From: Paraspadella gotoi
Taxonomy: Eukaryota > Animalia > Chaetognatha
Direction of reading: 5' to 3'
Assembly (NCBI GenBank): GCA_051294375.1
Contig: CM119270.1
Coordinates: 412,309 to 476,308 of the forward strand
DNA length: 64,000 nt
The notes under the pieces are model-generated. The model was given only the letters and a program-made list of their open reading frames with translations. It was not told the DNA's origin and did no database searches. Shown here one piece after another: positions 53,900-64,000 of the stretch. The position numbers and the translations under genes were made by a program. Within the stretch, counting starts at the first letter, position 1. Each line of letters begins with the position of its first letter.

Positions 53900-54035
53900 T
53901 TTTTTACGCCTCGGGTCCGCAAATGACAATTGGCGCCGCCTATGATGACGTCACGGTTGGCGCCCGCGTGATTGCAAGAGGGATCATCGACCCTCGGCCA
54001 TTGAGGACGACGACGGCAACGACGACGTCAGGCAA
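53900..54035. promoter_or_regulatory. CpG island with a CRE (TGACGTCA) and two TTGGCGCC E2F-like sites
   Basis: Motifs read directly at about 53930, 53946 and 53957. Confidence 0.35.
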
Positions 54036-54170
54036 TGGATGAATCCAGATGTCACCGCAATCCAGTTGAAAATCCTCCTTTCTCTTACTCTTTAGTCTTT
54101 GACCAAGCGCGCGGTGTCACTTACAGAAGTTCGCTTGCCTCGATAAAGCGCTCGTACGCAGAATCAATGA

Positions 54171-54418
54171 GATTGTTAAGTAAATACCGAACTATTAAGT
54201 ATTGCAAGCGGTCAGGTTTTTAGTTGCTTAATTAAAACCTTTCTATATTTAAGATTGTTAAGTAAATACCAAACTATTAAGTATTGCAAGCGGTCAGGTT
54301 TTTTATTTGCTTAATTAAAACCTTTCTATATTTAAGATTGTTAAGTAAATACCGAACTATTAAGTATTGCAAGCGGTCAGGTTTTTATTTGCTTAATTAA
54401 AACCTTTCTATATTTAAG
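54171..54418. repeat. 3 x 82-bp near-perfect tandem repeat
   Basis: GATTGTTAAGTAAATACC... starts at 54171, 54253 and 54336. Each unit holds an AGGTTTT..AAAACCT hairpin. Confidence 0.95.
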
Positions 54419-54912
54419 CGCTCAATCTCATTTTGTATGTTTTAACACGGAAGACGTAAACCGTCTCTATTGGTTTATTGATTTTCTTTATTGTTTCCAT
54501 AAAAAATTGTTAATAAACGTGTAGCAATTGGTGAGTCTTTCTTTATTTTTTTTCTTGTGTTTAATTGACTCTTCTCTCTAATGATCTCTCTCTCTTTCTC
54601 TTTCTCTCTCTCTCTCTCTCTNNNNNNNNNNNNNNNNNNNNNNNNNNNNNNNNNNNNNNNNNNNNNNNNNNNNNNNNNNNNNNNNNNNNNNNNNNNNNNN
54701 NNNNNNNNNNNNNNNNNNNNNNNNNNNNNNNNNNNNNNNNNNNNNNNNNNNNNNNNNNNNNNNNNNNNNNNNNNNNNNNNNNNNNNNNNNNNNNNNNNNN
54801 NNNNNNNNNNNNNNNNNNNNNNNNNNNNNNNNNNNNNNNNNNNNNNNNNNNNNNNNNNNNNNNNNNNNNTCTCTCTCTCTCTCCACCTTACCCCATCGCT
54901 CCCCCCTTCAAA

Positions 54913-54954
54913 ATGGCCGTCGGCATCGCCTACCTCACCCTCCAATTAAAGAGG
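54913..54954 (+). other. Candidate first exon (MAVGIAYLTLQLKR) or YY1-like site
   Basis: CAAAATGGCC context followed by AGG|GTAAGT. No downstream phase-0 partner exon was identified. Confidence 0.25.
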
Positions 54955-55251
54955 GTAAGTTAGCGAGACGCCGAAGGAAATTGGAAAGGCTTTTAATTCT
55001 TGGGTCAGGAAAAGAAGCGAGGGCCTAAGGTAAGTTAACAATTGACGAGACCCTGGTCGTCGTCGTCGTCGTCGNNNNNNNNNNNNNNNNNNNNNNNNNN
55101 NNNNNNNNNNNNNNNNNNNNNNNNNNNNNNNNNNNNNNNNNNNNNNNNNNNNNNNNNNNNNNNNNNNNNNNNNNNNNNNNNNNNNNNNNNNNNNNNNNNN
55201 NNNNNNNNNNNNNNNNNNNNNNNNNNNNNNNNNNNNNNNNNNNNNNNNNNN

Positions 55252-55285
<34 letters not shown>

Positions 55286-55764
55286 GCTCGCGATTTTTGC
55301 GGTTTCCAATTTTTTTCATCCAAAAATCTACACATCCCGTATTCATAACGAATTCAGGCTGATTTTAATCCCGTTCGTTTCGGCCGGTTTTTAACTTACC
55401 TGTAATTAACGAGTTTGAGAACCCGCATCTTCTGGCAACTTACCTTTAATATCAAGGGACCCTAATGTTATTACAATTCAATTTAGAAGATTTTGAAAAA
55501 CTAAAGTTGCCAGAGAGTACAGTGAAACACAAAATCATCGCGAGTCAATAGCAAAAATAAAAATAGAATTAATGTTTGTTCGCGCCTAGTTAAATTGTTT
55601 TTTTAAACAGTAAGTTCATGGATATTTCTTAACAATATTTATTCTCCCTATTATTTTAATTCTTTTAAAATATTGAATCAACTAATTTATTATTTCTACC
55701 TTCTTTTACATTTTTAATCATTGTAATCGTTTTCCTCTAAAAATCCGGCCATCCCAGAGAGGAC

Positions 55765-55876
<112 letters not shown>

Positions 55877-55959
55877 CCTCGCGCACGACCTCACCCCCGC
55901 GGGCGACTCGCTCCGTTGATCGTGACTTTGTTCTTCGACGACAAAATAGTCCTTACCTT

Positions 55960-56520
55960 CCGGCGATATCGCTCTTCTCTTTGCGGCGATATCGCTCTTC
56001 TATTTACAGCGATATCGCTCTTTTCTTTGCGGCGATATCGCTCTTCTTTTGCGGCGATATCGCTCTTCTCTTTACGTCTTTTTTTATCGTCAATATGTGG
56101 ATAAGGCGCTAAGTGGGCTGAAGATGACTATCCGTAACTTCTATAACCCCCTTTAGTAGCCATGGAACGGGTCCTGGGCTTGGAACCAGGCTTGAGGGTT
56201 TGCCACGCCCCCAAGGCGGCTTACGGTCGTCCTCACGCTTCCCACAGGGCAGGTACCAGGTTGGGATTGAACCCGGTAACTAGTGGTCATGAGCTGATGG
56301 CTTTACACAATGAGCAACCGGGTCAGGACTGAAGGTGTCATGCTTATAGGCGGGGTGAACCTAGGCAATGCCCGACTACAAATATTTCTTTTTTAAAAGT
56401 GGATTTGGTTTTGTCCTGACGGGTCTTTTATTGATGGACATATCGCTTTTCTCTTTAAGGCGATATCGCTCCTCTCCTAAACTGCGATATCGCTTTTCTT
56501 TTCACGGCGATATCGCTCTT
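55960..56520. repeat. ~21-bp GCGATATCGCTCTTCT repeats split by the LTR insertion
   Basis: About 5 units left and about 4 units right of the LTR. The core GCGATATCGC is palindromic. Confidence 0.85.
56096..56380 (-). mobile_element. Best copy of the tRNA-containing solo LTR (Helenus-like TRIM), 285 bp
   Basis: Sense strand TGTAGTCGGG...CCTTATCCACA. AATA TSD at 56092-56095 and 56381-56384. TATAA lies ~25 nt upstream of a tRNA-like segment (56324-56253) with an A box, a CTCATGA loop and B box GGTTCAATCC. Confidence 0.85.
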
Positions 56521-56616
56521 CTCCTCACTTTTTCCCCAGGGGCGAATGAAATAAAGAAAAAGTTAAATAATTTCCCTTGAGCGAATTCGCTAAGAAACCT
56601 GGTTCTTGTTTTTGTT

Positions 56617-56675
<59 letters not shown>

Positions 56676-56822
56676 ACTCTTCACGCAAAGGTGATCGAAA
56701 TGGTTCGAGAAACACGACTCGCGTTCCTCTCGCTCTCCATCCGGTTTTTTCGCCCCAGCGACCACGAGACAGAGAGAGAGAGAAAGCGAGAGAGAGAGAG
56801 AGAGGAGAGAGAGAGAGCAGAA

Positions 56823-56858
<36 letters not shown>

Positions 56859-57778
56859 GCCCGGGGTAAGGAGAACTTACCTGGTTCAGTCACGCGAATC
56901 CCGGTTCTCGTTATTTCGCCTCGAGTGAAACTTACCCTTCCGCTCCCTCGCGCGCCGGGTCTCGTCTCTGTCTCTCTCTCTCTTTGTCTCTGTCTCTATC
57001 GTTGTCGTTACTCACCCGCCGGGCACTCATTCTCTATCTCTATTCTAACGACTCTCCCCGGAGCGGGGTAAGGCGAAAAAGGTAAGTTTATCTCTCGAGG
57101 CGAAGAAAACTTGTCCGGCGTTTCCAACTCGGAACCTACTTTTTCTATCATCCGCTGCCGACGTTAATTCTCCGCCTTACCTTAACTCACTCTCTCTCTC
57201 TGTCGCTCACTCCGGGCGCCCCTTAACTTTTCATCACCCCCTCAAAGGGTTCACCGAATCACGGGCCCCCCTATGGGTGAGGAGTAATCGACGTCGTTAC
57301 CCTCCAACTGAGAGGAGCAATTACAACTTCCGAATAGAGAATGATAATTATTTTGCGTCGAGAAATATCTTGGTTTCGATCTTAGATTCGGGTCGGACAT
57401 TCGGGTTGAAGATTCAGAATGGCTCAATTCGAATGAATAATTCAGATAGGAACATTCAGATTGGAAGAACTGAATTGTGAATACGACTGTCTTCGCTCTC
57501 AAATGAAATCAAATCTAAAGATGGCGTTTTGAATTCTTTGCCTGTTGATTTCATGACGAATCGGTTGAAAGGGGGGAGTAAACAGTTGTGCAAAAAGGGG
57601 GTTCGGGGGTGCAAAGGGGGTAAGGGGAGCCGAGAGTGTATTGGGGGTGCAAAGGGGGGGAAGGTTGAAGAGGGTTCAGGGGTTTGTTTCTATCCTCTGG
57701 GGGGAAAGATAAGATGAGAGGAAGAGACAATAATTGATAAGGATGATATCAAGGATCCACCGAAACTCGTTTTTTTTA

Positions 57779-57827
<49 letters not shown>

Positions 57828-57991
57828 ACGACGATTACGCCTGGGATGATACAATGCGGGCTCTTGTGTTTTTTTTTCTTTTTTCTTTCTTTTTTTTTAG
57901 AATTAAACGAAACATGAATTTCCGTTGAATTGAGAGAAGAAAATGGGATAGAAGTTGAATGAAGGTGATTCTGTGTCTTCCTTTCTCTATT

Positions 57992-58083
<92 letters not shown>

Positions 58084-58309
58084 TAATTATTTTCTTTCTT
58101 TTTTCTTTCTTTTCTCTCTTTGTTTCTTCCCTTCAGTCTTTTATATGGTCTTTTTGTTCTCGTTCTCTGTCTCTCTCTCTTTTTTTCTCTCTCTCCTTTC
58201 TCTGCGTCTCTTTCTCTCTCTCTCTCTCTCTCTCTTCCTCTTCTCTCTCTCTCTCTCTCTCTCTCTATTTCTATCTCTCTCTTTTCTCTCTCTCTCTCTC
58301 TCTCCTCTC

Positions 58310-58356
<47 letters not shown>

Positions 58357-58724
58357 TTGAAAAGAGTATTATTATTAGTAACGCAGAGGTTTTTATTAGC
58401 GAAAAGGACCATCTCTCTTCTCATTCTCTCTCGCTCTCTATCTCTCTCTCTCTCTCTCTTCTCGTCTCTCTCTCTCTCTCTCTCTATTCTTTATTATTTA
58501 ATCAGCTTTCTTAACGGACCGAAACTGTCTCGCTCTCTCGGTCTCTGCAAAAAAAAGACCACATCTGTCCAACGACTTTAGTTTTTTATTAAAAAAAAAT
58601 TTAACTTTCTTTTAATTTAAATTATTATTTTATATAGTTATTTCTTTCTTAGAAAGAAAAAAAAAATATTTTCCCAGAGCCCCTCATTTCATCTGGAATT
58701 CGAAATTAAGTTAATTTTAAGTTT

Positions 58725-58932
58725 AAAGGATTAGGATTAAGATTAGTTTAAAGGATTAGGATTAGTTTAAAGGATTAGGATTAGTTAATAAGATTATGTT
58801 AACGATTAAGGTTAAGGATTAACTTAGTGATTACGGTCGAGTAGGATTTGGATTTAAGGATTAGAGTTGAAGATTAGAGAGTTAGAGTTGAAGATTAGAG
58901 AGTTAGAGTTGAAGATTAGAGAGTTAGAGTTG
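58725..58932. repeat. Degenerate GGATTA / 21-bp TTAGAGTTGAAGATTAGAGAG repeats
   Basis: Read directly. Confidence 0.8.
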
Positions 58933-59377
58933 GTGGTTAAGAATTAAGGTTAAGCAGTTTTTAGCTTAGAAATATTAAATATCAAACTTTATTTTAATAT
59001 GAAGGATTAAGTATTAGATATTGGGGGCTTTCGGAAAAGTGAGCCTTTTTTTCTTGCTTTCGCAAGAAGTCGGAAAGATTTTTCTTCCGGCGTCGAAATC
59101 TTTGCTTCAACGGAAGAAACTCGTTGGAGAAAAGAAACCGGTTTTGAAACGGCGGCCGGTACTGCCGACGCAGGCGGCCGGTGTCGCCGACGCAGAGAAA
59201 GACGCCACTGCCTCTTCTCGCCTCGGAACCTTACCTTTGACTGATTCCTGGGGTGAGTGAAGAGAGGAAGTTAATGAAGATGAGAAAAATCTGGGGTTGG
59301 AACTTTATTTCTTTCTTTATTTCTCTCTTCTTTTTTTTCTTTATTTCTTTCTTTCTTTCTTTTTTTATTTCTTTCCC

Positions 59378-59445
<68 letters not shown>

Positions 59446-59996
59446 TATTTCTTTCTTTCTTTCTTTCTGTCTGTCTTTCTTTCTTTCTTTCTTTCTTTCC
59501 ATCCATCCCCTCTCCAAATTTGCCCTCCGGTCATCCTACTTCCTCTTGTTACTCTGCGCAACCCGGGCCCAAAAAAAAAAAAGAAAAAAAAAAGAAAAAA
59601 AAAAAGAGAAAAATATAAAAAGGCGGAAGTTTTGGGATTCGTTCCGGTAGGGATTAGCGTTACTGTACGGTCGGGAAAGTTACGGACCGGATCCAGGTGA
59701 CCGGACAACGTTAAAAACAGGACACTATAACTACTAACTATTACTATTACTACAGAAATATAGTCAATTTCTTTTATTACACGTATATATTCCCTAATAT
59801 ACATATTATACATAATATGACGGCGTATTGCCAAAGGACATCTCATCAACCAGTAAAGATATAAATTATTGTTATTCATTTAATACTCATTACTATCTTT
59901 ACGGACGACTGGGTGCTTACGAAGTCACCGACGGACGTTTTCAGCGCGCAGGCACGCAGCCGTGTTAGACCATATCCGCCAGGGATCTGCTAGGTC

Positions 59997-60058
59997 GCGG
60001 CCGCCCGGGGCCAAGGGCCGGCCCGGGGCTCGGCGGGCCGGTCTGGCTCGGCGGCCGC
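59997..60058. other. Very GC-rich ~62-nt hairpin
   Basis: Paired arms GCGGCCGCC/GGCGGCCGC, GGGCCA/TGGCTC and GGCCGGCCCG/CGGGCCGGTC. Confidence 0.7.
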
Positions 60059-61339
60059 TCGGGTTATTCAAATCGTTGCGGTCCGCTTGCGAGACGGAAA
60101 CAGATTCGTCTCCTTTCGTCGAGTTTCTTCGACGGGTCCCGGGTTCTAGTCCCCGGCCACAGGGTTTTTAGTTCTTTTAGACATGGCCCCGCGGGGGTTT
60201 TATCGTAATATGCGGTTACGTCTTGGGTTCTAGACCTAGCCCTTGGGTTCTAGACCTGGACTCGAGGGTTTTTTATTCCGGCTTTGTAGGGACCTGCTTC
60301 CCATGGGATTGTGATTGGATAGGCTGTGGTTTATGGTCTGGGTTCAATACCTGGCCAGGGGGGTTTTCGATCAGTACGAGGACTTTGAAGCTTCTAAGTT
60401 TCTAGACTGACCCAACTCTAGACCATCAACCATCAACTTAGAATAAAAGTCTGCAAAATTTTGTTCAGATAAAACTTTTTACTCAGTCAAAACAGTCATA
60501 AGAGATCAAATGTAGTAGTTTAGGAATTATCTGTAAACTGTCNNNNNNNNNNNNNNNNNNNNNNNNNNNNNNNNNNNNNNNNNNNNNNNNNNNNNNNNNN
60601 NNNNNNNNNNNNNNNNNNNNNNNNNNNNNNNNNNNNNNNNNNNNNNNNNNNNNNNNNNNNNNNNNNNNNNNNNNNNNNNNNNNNNNNNNNNNNNNNNNNN
60701 NNNNNNNNNNNNNNNNNNNNNNNNNNNNNNNNNNNNNNNNNNNNNNNNNNNNNNNNNNNNNNNNNNNNNNNNNNNNNNNNNNNNNNNNNNNNNNNNNNNN
60801 NNNNNNNNNNNNNNNNNNNNNNNNNNNNNNNNNNNNNNNNNNNNNNNNNNNNNNNNNNNNNNNNNNNNNNNNNNNNNTTTAGTTAGTTAATAATTAGTTG
60901 TTTAAATCGCGAAATTAATTAATTTCAGCAATTTTTTTCTAGACACGCCGTCATATATTTGTTGCTTGTGCCGCGCTGGTGCTTAGATTAATGACTAACG
61001 GTTTTTGATAACNNNNNNNNNNAAAATTAGTTCAAAAAAGGTAAGGTGATTCTGCTGCAGAATTTCGTTACGTCAATCTGCTGCCGCATCGGGTAGTGAA
61101 ACTTTGCTGCGGTATTAAATAAGGTCACTCTCCAACAGCGTTTGGTAAGTTCTGTTAGAATCGGCGACTGGTAACTTAATTTTGCTGCAGTATTGGGTAA
61201 GCGCTGTAGTCTGTATGCTGAAGTATTGGGTTCACTCAGTTTGAAGCATTTCGATCGAGCGCAGTTTTCTGCAGCATCAGAACAGTTTAATTTGCCGCAA
61301 CATTAGTTAAGATGAGTTTAAACCAAAACTGTTTGCATT

Positions 61340-61406
61340 TAGTTTTATGATAGTTTTATGATAGTTTTATGATAGTTTTATAATAGTTTTATGATAGTTT
61401 TATGAT
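61340..61406. repeat. (TAGTTTTATGA)n 11-bp repeat within a degenerate TTTGCTGCAG-repeat region (61050-61530)
   Basis: Read directly; about 6 copies. Confidence 0.9.
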
Positions 61407-61589
61407 AAAACTGGAAAAGTTTTGAATTTTCTGACTTTGAATTTAAGCCGTTTGCTGCAGTTTGCTGTAACGTTGGGTAAAATTTTTTTGCGGAAATATC
61501 AGATGAATTTTGTTTCCTGTAGCATCTCGGTTAAAATATTGAAATTAGTCGTTTTCATGTTATTAACGATCGAAATGTTTCATGGCTCT

Positions 61590-61626
<37 letters not shown>

Positions 61627-62030
61627 TTCTAGCGACAGAACAATGTTTGGCTTTGTCCCGCGTAACCCAACCGTAATTTCGTTTTTTGGAACAATTACTG
61701 TACCGATGAACTTTCTTTTTAACGTCGACCTAGTGTTTGCTTTTTTCTCTTAAATAAAATCAATATATAACTCGAAATTGTTAAAAGTTATCAATTCATT
61801 CAATAAAGAAAGTATCTCGATTCTGACATTTACATGATAATAACATAGCAGGACACATTAAATTAACTTTAATACAAATTTTAAATTGTTTTATTAATTA
61901 TTAATTCGTGAAAGACTTTTTTTTTTTTGTTTCACACATTGTTTCATCAAGAGGCGAGAGAGGCGGGGCGGGTCATTCACTCCGCCTTTATCGATTTGGC
62001 CGTAAAACAAAGAGAGAGGGAAGAGCAGCA

Positions 62031-62080
<50 letters not shown>

Positions 62081-62241
62081 CGGAGAGAAAGAAGCGACGA
62101 TTCTGGAGAGGAACGAGCTGCAAACAGAAAACGGTAGCGAGACAGGCGAAAGAGATAAAGGAAAAAAGAAAAAGAAAAAACAAAGAGGAGGGTTCCCTCA
62201 AAGAGAGAGAGAGAGAGAGAGAAGGATGAGAGGAGAGAAAG

Positions 62242-62278
<37 letters not shown>

Positions 62279-63189
62279 AAATGGGAGAAAAACAGTGAGA
62301 CCGTAAAGAGGATAGAAAAGTGAGATTAAAAAGAAAAATGGAGGCAGGGAAAGAAAAGGGGAAAAAGAAAAAAAGAAAATAGAAAAAAGGAGGAAAGAAA
62401 TAATATAAAGAAAAAGGAAGGTATAAATATTTAAAAAAATATTAAAAAGAAAAAAAGGAAGGTAGAAATATTAAAAAGAAAAAAAGGAAGGTAGAAATAA
62501 TAAAAAGTCGAGGAGGATAAAGAAAAGAAAAGAATATAAAAAAAAGGGAAAAAAAGAAAAAGAAAGATAAGAGAAAAAGTGAGGAAAGATAACGGATACA
62601 AAAAAAAGTAAAAGAGAGGAAATAATGGATACAAAGAAAAGAAAAAGAGAGGAAAGATAATGGATACAAAAAAAATTGGAGAAAAGAAAAGAAAAAAATA
62701 GGAAAGATAATGGATAAAAAGAAAATTAAAAGAGAAGAAAGATATAATGGATACAAAGAAAATTGAAAAATAGAGAAGGAAAGAACAAGAAATGGAAATT
62801 TTATTATGTTGCACCGCGTTTATTTTGTCATATAATTAGTATTCAAATGATAACAAACATAAATTTCAAAATATATTTTAATTTTTGGAACCTTTAATTT
62901 TTATATTGCTTGTACCAATTTTAAATATAAAAAGTATTACGAAATTGGTACACCCTTTATCAAAATTATTCATTCATTTAATAAATAAGGTATCTAGCCC
63001 CTGGCTTTAGACAGGCTTCCCTATCAATGAAGTGGTATAATAACCCGGTACCTCAGACCCTTAAGTATCATGGTTTATCAACCATCAGCTTTAACTTTAA
63101 CTTTAACTTTAACTTTAACTTTAACTTTAACCCAAATGTCACAAGATAAAATATTTCCTGAAGTGTCTTTTATGGTACTGTTTTATATA

Positions 63190-63274
63190 TGTAGTCGGGC
63201 AATGCCTAGGTTCACCCCGCCTATAAGCATGACACCTTCAGTTCTGACCCGGTACCTAGTGGTCATGAGCTGAT
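63190..63274 (+). mobile_element. Rearranged 5' fragment of the tRNA-containing LTR
   Basis: Sense TGTAGTCGGG...CTGACCCGGT, then it switches to the antisense segment ACCTAGTGGTCATGAGCTGAT. Confidence 0.85.
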
Positions 63275-64000
63275 CATTCAATATAATTCAGTATTTAAAA
63301 TATAAATGATATGGACAACTAATAGACCGACCGACCGACCAAATATAGACTTTCCACGCGAATCTTCTTCTTTTTATAAAAAAAAAAAAGAAAAAAGTTT
63401 TTTTCCTTCTTCCAAATAAGGAAAGAAAAATCGACTTGAAAATTAAAAATAAAAAAAAGAAAAGAAAAGAAAATTGACTTTTTTTTCTTTCTTTTTTTTT
63501 CGAGAAAAAAAATGGAAGAAAAAAAAACGCCGGTTTTTGAGGTCGGGGCGACACGAGGCGTCATCAGAGAAAGAGAGAGAGGGAGGGAGAGACAGAGACA
63601 GAATGAGTGAGAGAGAGGGGGAGAGAGAGAGATAGAGAGAGTGATAGGGGGAGAGATGGAGAAAGAGAGAGAGAGAGCGTCGTTATCATCGTCGTCGTCG
63701 TCGTAGTTGTTCGCTCGTCGTGTCATCGTCGTTCGTCGTCGTTGTTTTGTCGTCGTCGTTGTTACGACTTCGTTAAATGAAAGATTTCCATCTGACACCA
63801 GATAACAATGACCCCAGCCTGTCAACAAGCGGCATCTCAGATTTTCTATTTCTCTCTCTCTCTCTCTCTACTCTACTCTCTCTCTCTCCTCTCTCTCCTC
63901 TCTCTCTCTCTCTTCTTTCTCTCTCTCTCCATTCTCTCCCCCTATCGTCTTTAATCTATCCTCTCTCTCATTCTCTTCTGCACTCTTTTCTTCTCTTCAT

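Noticed and set aside
56873-56890. U1 snRNA 5' end (ACTTACCTGG)
   Set aside because: No U1 stem-loops or Sm site follow; it is simply an antisense donor motif.
59670-59695. RNase MRP/P-like GGGAAAGT..CGGACC motif
   Set aside because: It lacks the UCCCCG P4 strand and any downstream complementary CR-V segment.
59970-60000. 7SK-like ATCCGCCAGGGATCTGCTAGG
   Set aside because: Only a short resemblance; no paired GAUC motifs or 5'/3' stems could be built.

Overview
Eukaryotic, probably invertebrate, draft-assembly window. It is AT-rich, saturated with (AG)n, (GAC)n, (ATTG)n and (TTTC)n microsatellites, has many N gaps, and contains stretches that look like uncorrected long-read sequence. Almost all ORF-track entries are microsatellite translations. 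Real coding signal is limited to a spliced minus-strand gene (15981 down to about 9882) and two LRR exons (2877-2299) that may belong to the same gene. There is one intact tRNA-Cys(GCA) plus tRNA fragments. The most interesting content is small RNA-bearing mobile DNA: (i) a ~285-bp TG..CA solo-LTR family with an internal tRNA-derived Pol III promoter and a 4-bp TSD (Helenus-like TRIM; 6-7 copies or fragments); (ii) Penelope-type minimal hammerhead ribozyme motifs, including a ~510-bp insertion with a 12-bp direct repeat whose empty site is also in the window; (iii) a 4.2-kb CAC..GTG element with a 4-bp TSD (Chapaev/CMC-like) whose right 70-bp terminus is amplified about 17 times. A fold-back inversion (1-3780) and a triplicated block (37.6-45.7 kb) are at least partly assembly artefacts. 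All calls were made by eye; no database searches were run.
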